This document shows positions 39,819 through 48,690 of a stretch of 64,000 bases of DNA, in pieces. The position numbers and the translations under genes are program-made. Each line of letters starts with the position of its first letter. Position 1 is the stretch's first letter. The DNA is taken from assembly GCA_965222375.1 (NCBI GenBank), contig CBDCTZ010000015.1, forward strand, positions 1,571,170 through 1,635,169, in the 5' to 3' direction. The notes beneath the pieces are model-generated. The model made no database searches. It saw only the letters and a program-made list of their open reading frames with translations, and was not told the DNA's origin. This DNA comes from Polyangiaceae bacterium (GTDB lineage: Bacteria > Myxococcota_A > Polyangia > Polyangiales > Polyangiaceae).

Positions 39819-40513
39819 TGTCGCGCGTGGTGATGGTGACAGGCACGGACACCGGTGTCGGAAAGACCGTCATCAGCAGGGGGATCCTGCGCTCCACTGC
39901 CCGCGCGGGGATCGATCTGTTCCCGCTCAAGCTGGTGGAAACTGGGTGCGAGCTCGTCAACGGCGAATTCGTCCCAAGTGATGGAGTTGCCCTGGCGGCC
40001 GCGGCGGGCAGAGACGATCTGGACAAGGTCGCGCCGTTACGCTTCGCGCTGCCAGCAAGCCCAACCATGGCGGCCCGAGACGTCGGTCGCACGCTTTCGA
40101 TGCCCGAGCTCATGGAATGCGTCAATGCAGCTCGAGCACAGGCTCCGAACGTATTACTGGAGGGTGCAGGCGGCCTCTTAGTGCCAGTCACCGAGCAGCT
40201 GAGCTTCGCCGACCTGGCTCAAGAGCTGCGCGCGTCGGTCATCTTGGTGGCCAGGGATGCTCTCGGCACGCTCAACCACATCTTGCTCACCCTGGAAGTA
40301 TTGCGGCGACGTGGGCTCTCCGTGATCAGCGTGGTGCTCAACGCTGCGGGTCCTGAGCCCTGCGCCCTTGACCACCGCATAGAGCTCAACCGCCTCGAGC
40401 CCCGCGTCCCGATCTGGGGGCCTGTGCCCTGGATGGCCAACGCGGAGAACGATCAACTGGCAGACGCGGTCGAAGCGGTTGGCTTCAAGCCTTCCGCCCT
40501 CGTAGGCGCGTAG
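39818..40513 (+). CDS. bioD: Dethiobiotin synthase
   Basis: TGTDTGVGKT, EGAGGLLVP and LGTLNH motifs; TGATG overlap with queE. Confidence 0.95.
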   Translation: MSRVVMVTGTDTGVGKTVISRGILRSTARAGIDLFPLKLVETGCELVNGEFVPSDGVALAAAAGRDDLDKVAPLRFALPASPTMAARDVGRTLSMPELMECVNAARAQAPNVLLEGAGGLLVPVTEQLSFADLAQELRASVILVARDALGTLNHILLTLEVLRRRGLSVISVVLNAAGPEPCALDHRIELNRLEPRVPIWGPVPWMANAENDQLADAVEAVGFKPSALVGA

Positions 40514-40892
40514 TACCTGGCTCAGGCCCTGGGCTGGCATCGCGAGCGCTGGGCTTCTCGCGACCAGACTGCGACGCGTTCTGAATGCGTTCCAGCAAGA
40601 GATCCGTCGTGATCGGCTTGGGCACCACCCGATCGGCAAGCCGTTCCGTCAGTTCCCGCGATTCGGGAGTGAAAGCGCCTCCGGTGGTGAAGAGCATGTG
40701 CTTGGCCAAAACTGGATGTGTTTGCTCGAGCTTGGCGAAGACGTCCATCCCGGACACGCCGGGCATCATCAAGTCCGTTACCACGACGTCGAAACTGTCG
40801 CCGTTGGCGAGGGCCCCGTTGTCACGGACTTCGACCGCCACGCGGTCACCCTCCTGGCAGCATGACCTCCCGCACACGGCCTCCGGAACCAA
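40485..40892 (-). pseudogene. Truncated response-regulator receiver domain
   Basis: FDVVVTDLMMPGVSG..FTTGGAF..PKP present; N-terminal VDD strand missing. Confidence 0.6.
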
Positions 40893-41209
40893 ACTGCAAC
40901 CAGCCGGTCAGCAGTTCGAGATCTTGGACGACTCGGGGGAGTTCAGAGCCCAGGCCCACGCCAATGTCCCAGACCGCTCGAAATCGTTGACCTCTGTTCC
41001 CGCCTTGCATGGGAAACCGTAACAGTCGCGATCTAGCGTGAGAGTTCGGCGGCTCACCCCAGAAACGTAGTTTCGCGGCACAACGACGTCCAACGCCGGC
41101 CGCGTTCTAGCCGAGCCGGCCAAGCGCCGCAGGCGCGCACTAGGAGTTCGGTGCGCGGCCGCGGTTCGGGCTCTTCCTGCCGGACCCCAAATTGGCTTAT
41201 GACGCGCCC

Positions 41210-42775
41210 ATGGCGGAATCAGCGTCCGGCGCCCCCCCGGCGGGCACGGGGGACAACAATCGGTTCATCGATCGAGCCCTGGGTTGGGTGGAGCGCGTGG
41301 GCAACAAGTTGCCGGATCCCGCGCTGCTTTTTGTGATCGCGTTGTTCGTCACCTGGGTCGTGTCGGCTCTGCTCTCGGGCTACGCCTTCGAGGTCCCATC
41401 CAAGGAAGGGCTGAAGGCCAGCACCGTCGTCAACCAACTCTCGGGGCCGGCGCTGACTAAGTTCCTCGCGGACATGGTCAAGACCTTCACTGGCTTCCAC
41501 CCCTTGGGCGTCGTGCTCGTGGCGCTGCTTGGCGTCGGCGTGGCGGAGCAGAGCGGCTTCATCAATGCAGTGCTCAAGCGGCTACTCGCGTTCACGCCCA
41601 AGAAACTGCTGACGCCGATGCTCATACTCGTGGCCATTCTGAGCCACACCGCCGCCGACGCCGGTTATGTGCTCGTCATTCCGCTCGGCGGCGTCATCTT
41701 CGCCGCGGCGGGTCGCCATCCCCTCGCCGGCATCGCCGCGGCCTTCGCAGGCGTGTCCGGTGGCTTCTCGGCGAACCCCATGCCGTCGGGGCTCGATCCG
41801 CTGTTGCAAGGTCTCACCCAGGAGGGCGCGCAGATCCTCGACCCCTCGCGCGAGGTGAACCCGCTGTGCAACTGGGGTTTCACCGCGGCATCCACGTTGC
41901 TCATCATCCTGCTCGGCTGGTTCATCACCGACAAGATCGTCGAGCCACGCCTGGCCAACACGAAGATCGACGGCGACCCCGAGGACATGCCCGAGATGGA
42001 AGAAAACACGCCCGAAGAGCGTCGGGGCCTGTTTTGGGGCGGCCTCGCGTTTGTCGGTGGCGTGGCCGCGCTGGTTGCCCTGTCCTGGTCCAAGACGTCG
42101 CCACTGCGCTCCCCCAGCGGTGAGCTCACCGCCTTCTCGGCACCGCTGATGCAGTCCATCGTGCCGCTCATCTTCTTGCTCTTCCTCTTGCCCGGCCTCG
42201 TGCACGGCTACACGTCCGGTACCTTCAAGAACCATCGCCACGCCATCGCCGGCATGAGCAAGACCATGAGCACGATGGGCTACTACATCGTGATGGCGTT
42301 CTTCGCTGCGCTGTTCATCTACGCCTTCAACAACAGCAAGCTCGGCGCTTTGCTTGCGGTCAAGGGCGCCGAGGTACTCAAGGCCATGGCGTTGCCCGGT
42401 CCCGTGACCATCGTCGGCATCATCTTGCTCTGCGCTTTCGTCAACTTGCTGATCGGCTCGGCTTCCGCCAAGTGGGCCCTGCTCGCACCAATCTTCGTGC
42501 CCATGCTCATGCAACTCGGCATCTCCCCGGAGCTGACCCAGGGTGCCTACCGCGTAGGCGACTCCACCACGAACATCATCACGCCGCTGATGCCCTACTT
42601 CCCGTTGGTTGTCGCCTTCTGCCAGCGCTACGTGAAGGGCACCGGCATCGGCACGCTCACCTCTCTCATGCTGCCCTTCAGCCTCACATTCCTCGTGAGC
42701 TGGGTGCTGTTCCTGCTCGCTTTCTGGGGCCTCGGCCTACCCCTGGGCATCGCCGCGCCGTACACGTACCCCTAA
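41210..42775 (+). CDS. AbgT-family transporter
   Basis: VERVGNKLPDP, GRHPLAG, GGFSAN, GSASAKW and YRVGDSTTNIITP motifs. Confidence 0.95.
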   Translation: MAESASGAPPAGTGDNNRFIDRALGWVERVGNKLPDPALLFVIALFVTWVVSALLSGYAFEVPSKEGLKASTVVNQLSGPALTKFLADMVKTFTGFHPLGVVLVALLGVGVAEQSGFINAVLKRLLAFTPKKLLTPMLILVAILSHTAADAGYVLVIPLGGVIFAAAGRHPLAGIAAAFAGVSGGFSANPMPSGLDPLLQGLTQEGAQILDPSREVNPLCNWGFTAASTLLIILLGWFITDKIVEPRLANTKIDGDPEDMPEMEENTPEERRGLFWGGLAFVGGVAALVALSWSKTSPLRSPSGELTAFSAPLMQSIVPLIFLLFLLPGLVHGYTSGTFKNHRHAIAGMSKTMSTMGYYIVMAFFAALFIYAFNNSKLGALLAVKGAEVLKAMALPGPVTIVGIILLCAFVNLLIGSASAKWALLAPIFVPMLMQLGISPELTQGAYRVGDSTTNIITPLMPYFPLVVAFCQRYVKGTGIGTLTSLMLPFSLTFLVSWVLFLLAFWGLGLPLGIAAPYTYP

Positions 42776-43221
42776 CGTTGCGCCTCCGCCGGCGCGACCG
42801 AGAACGGGGAACGCGCTCCGCTGGCAGGCGGTTTCTGGTTTCTCGCAGTCACGGGCAGTTCGAAGAGGCGCCTGGGCAAATGCCCACCCAAGGGATCGAT
42901 CAAGCCCGAGGCAGCTGGAAGTTCAGGAGAAGCTAGAGTGACCCAACAACGCATCCCGCCGGCGCGTAGAGTCGCGCAACTAAGGTAACTCCCGGATGCT
43001 ACGTGAGCGACCTCAGCCGCGGGCAACCTTCCGGAGAGCTCTCGTACCAGACTGCCGGGAGCAGCCCGCCGGAGGTCTGCGCCCAACTCCATCCGTTCCA
43101 AGCCGAGGCGCAAGGGTGCCCGCTTGGTGGGATCGTCGCCACAGTAGTCCCTTACCTCCACCACCCGCCAGCGGCTTCCATCCTTCCGCGCGAAGGCGCA
43201 ACCCGGAGCCTCCGGGTTCAT
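42772..43221 (-). pseudogene. Gene remnant with one RCC1-like repeat
   Basis: VASGSYLSCATLRAGGMRCW resembles RCC1-type repeats; the rest is unrecognisable. Confidence 0.3.
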
Positions 43222-43312
43222 CTTTGCTTCCTTCGCTGGCCACGGCTGCTGCGCGACTCACGGTCGAGGGCTCCTTCTGCTCAGCAGCGCTTTCCGGGTC
43301 GACCGAAGTAGC

Positions 43313-43939
43313 TCATTGCCGGCCAGTTTCTCCCATACAATCGTCCTTCGGCACCCACTCTACTCGTCGATTCCGCTCCCCCAAGGGACTGTATGGCTTA
43401 CCCGCACCGAACCCTCTCACGCGAATGCGACCGGCTTCAACACCCCGTGAAACGAGCTGTCGTTTCACTTCTTCAGCTCTGCGCACGCTGAGCCGTTGGG
43501 TGTCGGATTCCGAGCGGTCCGCGTGCCCCTCGAGTTCGACACATGCCTTGGGGTGTATCTTGAGACGTCTGGCGAGCTCGTCTAGGAGTGGAGCACTCTG
43601 CGGTTTTGGAGTCACTGCACCCGGGTCGAACTTGACGGGCTCCGGGATGTCTATGCTCAAGCAGACAACGTGCACGAGCTTGCCCGGCGCTTCGGAGTCA
43701 TGTGCATTCCGGGAGCCAGCGTCGTGCGCCATCCCGGCTTCCTGGACGGGGTGAGCGGGACCTCCAGCTCCCATGCCGGTCAACGCAGCATCCGGTTCAT
43801 CACTAGCGAACCCAATCCCAGGTGCAGCCGCCGAGCTAGAGGCGGCCTTCCCACGAGGCGTGGCGCAGCTTGCGGACATGACCACCGCCGATGTCAGCAA
43901 CAGGGCGCGTCGACGGAGGATTGTGTCGCGGTCAGTCAC
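43313..43939 (-). CDS. OmpA-family peptidoglycan-binding lipoprotein
   Basis: Lipobox SASC; VELEGHAD, LSVRRAEEV, GFG and NRRVE motifs. Confidence 0.88.
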   Translation of the reverse strand: MTDRDTILRRRALLLTSAVVMSASCATPRGKAASSSAAAPGIGFASDEPDAALTGMGAGGPAHPVQEAGMAHDAGSRNAHDSEAPGKLVHVVCLSIDIPEPVKFDPGAVTPKPQSAPLLDELARRLKIHPKACVELEGHADRSESDTQRLSVRRAEEVKRQLVSRGVEAGRIRVRGFGAGKPYSPLGERNRRVEWVPKDDCMGETGRQ

Positions 43940-44214
43940 GGTCGCTTCGGCTCAGTGTAGCTCGATCAGCCGTTGAGATGGCAAATACACGCAACACGCA
44001 GTCCACGAGGGATTTTCCTTTCAGCTCGCGCCCACTCGGCCGCTACGTACCTCTTGGCCAGGAACGCCGAGCGCCGGTTCGTTGGGCCATGCGTTCAGCC
44101 TCAAAAATGAAGCGCCCACGTGCTCAGATTTCGTCGCGGCATGGACAGGCTGGCGGCACCGAGGGGGGCCCCGACAGGAGCCGCGCCCACCAGGGTGGTA
44201 CGATACTGGAAGTT

Positions 44215-44826
44215 GTGAGCGAGGATAGTTCCAAGCGCCCCTCTCGGCGAGAGTTCGGGCTGGTCATGGCCGCCGCCGGAGCCGTTGCATGCATGCCCGT
44301 GCGGTCGGTGACGCTACCCACGAACTTGCCCAACAAGGGGTCGCGAAAGCCCGAACTCGTGGTGGAAGAAGTGGGCGACTACCAATGCCCCTTCTGCGCC
44401 GAGGTGCAGCCCGCCGTGAAGGCGCTCATGGCTAGCCACGGTAGCCAGATCGCGCTGGTGTGGCGCAACTACCCGCTGCGGCGACACGAGTTCGCCGCCA
44501 TGGCAGCCGAGGCGGCCCTCGAGGTGCGAGCCCAACGTGGCGATGAAGTCTTTTGGCGCTATCACGATGTGTTGTTCCAGAACCAACACGCCTTGGCGCA
44601 GCCGGATCTCGAGCGCTACGCCAAAGCCGTCGGCGCCGATCCCACGCGCCTGGCGGAAGCTCTGAGCGTCGGCGTACACCGCGGCGCCGTTGAAGACGAT
44701 CTTCGTTACATCAACGGCCTCAAGCTGCCCCAGTTCGGAACGCCGGCCTTCTTGATGGGCGAGGACGTCTTTATCGGCAGCTACTCCCATCGGGAGCTTG
44801 TCGCGCTGGTGGAAGAGAAGATCTGA
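44215..44826 (+). CDS. DsbA/thioredoxin-fold protein
   Basis: SRREFG Tat-like signal; DYQCPFC, WRNYPL and GTPAF motifs. Confidence 0.88.
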   Translation: MSEDSSKRPSRREFGLVMAAAGAVACMPVRSVTLPTNLPNKGSRKPELVVEEVGDYQCPFCAEVQPAVKALMASHGSQIALVWRNYPLRRHEFAAMAAEAALEVRAQRGDEVFWRYHDVLFQNQHALAQPDLERYAKAVGADPTRLAEALSVGVHRGAVEDDLRYINGLKLPQFGTPAFLMGEDVFIGSYSHRELVALVEEKI

Positions 44827-44930
44827 GCGCGCGCCACGAGATCGCGGTGAAGTGGAACATTTTTGGGCCAAGGACTGCCAATTCGACGTTCGAGCGCTAA
44901 CTTTTCGGCATGTCGCGCGTATTGGATCCC

Positions 44931-45986
44931 ATGACGATTACCCGCCGCAACCTGCTCCGCGCTAGCGCCGCCCTCGGCGCGGCTGCTGCTCCCCTCGGTC
45001 TCATCAGCCACGACGCACAAGGCGCTCAGTTGATCGCGCGGCCACCAAAGGAGTTCAGGCCGCTGAAAACCAAGGGGCGCATCGTGAAGGTTTCTACTCG
45101 AGGCTCCTTCTCCGGGTTGATGCAGAAGAACCAACTCTGGCCCAAAGCCAGTGTGGCTGAGCGAATGGTTGAGAAGGCGCTGATGGAACTCACGGGCGCC
45201 GCAAACGTCAGCGCGGCCTTGGGCAAGTTCATTCACGCCAAAGACAAGGTGGCGATCAAGGTGAACGGCCTGGCCGGGCAGAACGGCTACACCATGGCCG
45301 CCAACTTCGAGGTCATCCTGCCCATCGTGAAAGGCCTGATTGCTCTGGGAGTTCCCGCCAAGAACATCCTGGTCTTCGAGCAAACGCAGAGGTTCTTGAA
45401 TGGCACACGCGTCAACGTGCGTGGCTGGCAATTACCCAAAGGCGTCCGGACCGGCATCCATAAGAAGTCAATTGCCAACATGAAGCCGATCGAAGTGAAT
45501 AAGGGGATCCCGATGCGCTTCGTGACCCTGCTGACCAACTCGACGGCAGTAATCGACGTTTCGCAGATCAAAGATCACTCCATCTTTGGCTACACCGGGG
45601 CGATCAAGAACATCTCCCACGGCACGCAGACGAACCCTCACGACCAGCACCACGGCCACACCGACGAGCCCGCCGTCATCTATGCGCACAAGATCATCCA
45701 AAGCCGCATGCGGCTGCACATCGTCGACGGCTTCAAGATCCTCTACGACGGCGGACCTTATGACAACCCCCGCGCGCGTTCCCTACATGGGGCGGTCTAC
45801 GCCTCGACAGACGGCGTGGCCCTCGACACTGTAGGCGTGGACGTGATCGAGCGAGCCCGCAAAGCCAAGAAGATCAAGTCCCTGGCCGCCGCCGGGAGAA
45901 ATCCCAACTACGTCCGCGCCGGGGATCGTCTCAAAGTCGGCGAAGGCGATCTGAACAAGATCCGTCTGAGCAAGCGCTACATCTGA
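44931..45986 (+). CDS. DUF362-family Tat-exported protein
   Basis: TRRNLL Tat motif; VAIKVN, KDH..GYTGAIKN and STDGVALD motifs. Confidence 0.85.
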   Translation: MTITRRNLLRASAALGAAAAPLGLISHDAQGAQLIARPPKEFRPLKTKGRIVKVSTRGSFSGLMQKNQLWPKASVAERMVEKALMELTGAANVSAALGKFIHAKDKVAIKVNGLAGQNGYTMAANFEVILPIVKGLIALGVPAKNILVFEQTQRFLNGTRVNVRGWQLPKGVRTGIHKKSIANMKPIEVNKGIPMRFVTLLTNSTAVIDVSQIKDHSIFGYTGAIKNISHGTQTNPHDQHHGHTDEPAVIYAHKIIQSRMRLHIVDGFKILYDGGPYDNPRARSLHGAVYASTDGVALDTVGVDVIERARKAKKIKSLAAAGRNPNYVRAGDRLKVGEGDLNKIRLSKRYI

Positions 45987-46036
45987 GCCACACGACAATT
46001 GCATCGCTCCCCGAAGATCGGCTTCAATGGGGAGTC

Positions 46037-46588
46037 GTGACGGCGCGGAAAAGGTCCAACACCGGATTTTCGCTTTTCGTTCTGGGTTTGCTCGGCTTCT
46101 TCTGGTTCATGGGAGGCGCCTACTGGGGGCTGTTCATCCAAGCCGTGCTGGAGCAGGCCGACTGGAAGGCGGTCGATGCGGAGGTGCTGGAGGCCAAGGT
46201 CACCCGCGGCGAGATCATTCGGTTCAGTCACAACTGCTCGACCACCGACGACCGCGGCCCCCGCCATCTTCAGGTGAAGTACGCCTACACCGTGGGGGGC
46301 AAGCGCTACACGGGCCGCGCGTACGACACGAACTACGACGGCGAGCTGTTCTGCAACGAAGAAGACGCGCAGGCAGCCTTGGCCAAGGTGCGCAAAGCCG
46401 GCAAGGTCACCGCTCACTACGATCCGAGGTTGCCGAGCCAAGCCGTGCTTTACAAGGAGGACCCGACCGAGGTGTACGTGGTCAGCGCCTTCTTCGCAGT
46501 AGCAGGCCTCGTGCTTTGGGGCTTCTTCCTGCGCCAATACTTGCGCTATCGGCAGGAAAAACGGCTGGCGCTCATCGAGGCGAGCTAG
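46037..46588 (+). CDS. DUF3592-like membrane protein
   Basis: YAYTVGGKRYTG and VTAHYDPRLPSQAVL between two TMs. Confidence 0.82.
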   Translation: MTARKRSNTGFSLFVLGLLGFFWFMGGAYWGLFIQAVLEQADWKAVDAEVLEAKVTRGEIIRFSHNCSTTDDRGPRHLQVKYAYTVGGKRYTGRAYDTNYDGELFCNEEDAQAALAKVRKAGKVTAHYDPRLPSQAVLYKEDPTEVYVVSAFFAVAGLVLWGFFLRQYLRYRQEKRLALIEAS

Positions 46589-46712
46589 CGCGGTCACCCA
46601 TTTTCGCGGTGGCGCCAGCTCGCCGCCGTGACGCTCAGCCCTCCATGAGCGCGCGCAGATAGACACGCAAACCGCGGCTCGTCTTGCATCGGCGCGGTCA
46701 CCACGTCGAGCC

Positions 46713-48656
46713 CTACTTGCCGCGCTTCATCGTGAATGCGACGTGCTTGCGGAACGTGGGGCTTGCGACGCGGCCGGGGCCAACCGCGGCGCTGCGGGAG
46801 AGCACCGCGCCAGTCGTATCGTCGTACCAAGTCACGTCATAGTAGGCGTCGGGCATGCCGGAAAGCTCGAGCACGGTGGAGACCTTGGGGTGCTTACGAT
46901 ACGCCTGTGCCAAGGCGACCCGCACTTCCGGAGAGCGCGCTAGGTCCTTGCGAAACGCCTCCACCGCCGCCTTCAGCATCTTGGCCACCTCACGACGCTT
47001 CTCCGGCGCCACTTGACGCAAGCCGCCGCGCGGCAACTCGTGGTCTTCGAACAGCTGTTTGACGAGCTTTCGGGCTTTGGGCTCGGGCCGGTTTGCCCGC
47101 TTCACCATGATGCGCACTAGCTCCTTCTTGTATTCCTCGATGGGCGCTTTGACGCCTTGAGAAGCCAATACGCGCAACAGGTCCTTCATCATGCGCGGGG
47201 CAATCTTCGGATCCTTGATTTCGCCCGCCAACCACGAGCGCACGTTGTCGACGGCATAATCCCTGGGGTTATTGTGCAAGAGCCAGCCTAGAGCTTGGTT
47301 TGCGTCGCCAACAACGAAGGCGACGACCGAGCGTTTGCTCGATTTGACTTCCAGGGGTCGCAGATCGAAGCGCCCGAAGTCGATGGACTCCAGAATCGGT
47401 CGCATTGCCCGGTGAGTCTCCGCGACCAACGCCTTGTCCCGAAAGGGTTGCCAAGCGCCGATGTTCAGCCAGGTCGCACCGCCACCGGCTGCACCCGAGG
47501 CGATGTAGGTCCAGGCAACGGCGTGCTCCATCTCTTTCTGGGTCGAGCTGGGAAACCGCCAGGAGAGCGTGCGCTCGTTCTCCAAGAAGGGGCGCTTGAA
47601 GCCAAGCTTCTTCAGGTTCGTCGTGACCGCGTCGTTCAGGTCCAGAGCGACGAGCACGGGATTGCCGCTGCCACCTTGCTTTCGGTAGTAGTGGCTCACC
47701 ATCAAGTCCGTGCCCGGATTGTCAGCGAGAAAGTCGTGCTCCGGCACGATGTCCACGCCGCTGACGACGATCGGATGCGCCTTGCCGTAACGACGCAATT
47801 CGAAATCGCGAAGATGCGTTCCCATCTCCGTTACCCAGGCAGAAGCCTTCACCGGGTCGTTGCCCCCACAATTCAGAAGCTCGTTGTACAGCTCCCACAT
47901 AGCGATCCGACGGGACTGCCCGAAGCGCCCGCTGATCAGCTCGATGCGCTTTTTGAAGGCCGCAATTGCCTGCTTGTCCGTAAACAGGTCGTCCATGCTC
48001 TGAAGCGGACCCCCGTTCTTCTTATGATAGGGCGTCAAGTCCAAGTTCTGCGCCAGAACCGTCACGTCACAGCTGTGGGTCGTCAGGGCAAGGCCAAGGT
48101 AGACACCGTAACGCTCCGCCAGCTTCAGCAGTCGATCGATTCGCTTGGCGTACTCTCCGTCGAGATCGCCCTTCGAGTTCTGGAGGAAGCGAAGCTTTTT
48201 GTCCGCAACCAGCTTTTCGATCGTCTTGCGAGGCATCAGAGACGTGCCCTCGATGTCGATGCGCAGGAAGTTCTCTTCGTTGGTCTGCATATCGCGCAAC
48301 AGACTCTCGATGTTGTCGTCACTAAACGTGACGGGCTTGCCGTCGATCTCGACGGTGCCGAAGTAGTCGAGGCTGATGCTGTGCCCAGGTAGCGCGACGC
48401 CGAGGGGCACGAAGGCGTCGCCGTCTTCGAACTGAAGGTAGCGACCGTTGCCAGCAACTTGGACCCAGTTCGGCTCAGCGACGCGGGGCTCAGGAACTGG
48501 TGCAGGCGCGGGAGCAGGTGCCGGCGCCGCCGAGGGAGCAGGGGGTTGCTCCTTTTCCTCGCAGCCCGTACCCCACGTCGCCGCTATTGCGGCGAGGGCC
48601 ACCCATTTTCGTGCGCGACGCAACACCAGCTGTCTATCACGCGGGGCGGCGGACAA
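46713..48656 (-). CDS. Glycoside hydrolase clan A (GH5-like) lipoprotein
   Basis: Lipobox GTGC; RYLQFEDGDAFVPLG; WELYNE (acid/base); PFLENE (nucleophile); YDVTWYDDTTG. Confidence 0.75.
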   Translation of the reverse strand: MSAAPRDRQLVLRRARKWVALAAIAATWGTGCEEKEQPPAPSAAPAPAPAPAPVPEPRVAEPNWVQVAGNGRYLQFEDGDAFVPLGVALPGHSISLDYFGTVEIDGKPVTFSDDNIESLLRDMQTNEENFLRIDIEGTSLMPRKTIEKLVADKKLRFLQNSKGDLDGEYAKRIDRLLKLAERYGVYLGLALTTHSCDVTVLAQNLDLTPYHKKNGGPLQSMDDLFTDKQAIAAFKKRIELISGRFGQSRRIAMWELYNELLNCGGNDPVKASAWVTEMGTHLRDFELRRYGKAHPIVVSGVDIVPEHDFLADNPGTDLMVSHYYRKQGGSGNPVLVALDLNDAVTTNLKKLGFKRPFLENERTLSWRFPSSTQKEMEHAVAWTYIASGAAGGGATWLNIGAWQPFRDKALVAETHRAMRPILESIDFGRFDLRPLEVKSSKRSVVAFVVGDANQALGWLLHNNPRDYAVDNVRSWLAGEIKDPKIAPRMMKDLLRVLASQGVKAPIEEYKKELVRIMVKRANRPEPKARKLVKQLFEDHELPRGGLRQVAPEKRREVAKMLKAAVEAFRKDLARSPEVRVALAQAYRKHPKVSTVLELSGMPDAYYDVTWYDDTTGAVLSRSAAVGPGRVASPTFRKHVAFTMKRGK

Positions 48657-48690
48657 CAGCTGCTTGCTGCGGCCGCCACCCGGAGTGGGG

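Noticed and set aside
40980..41160. Riboswitch or integron attC site upstream of the AbgT transporter
   Set aside because: Only partial GTCCAAC..GTTCGGT resemblance; no convincing pairing, integrase or riboswitch consensus
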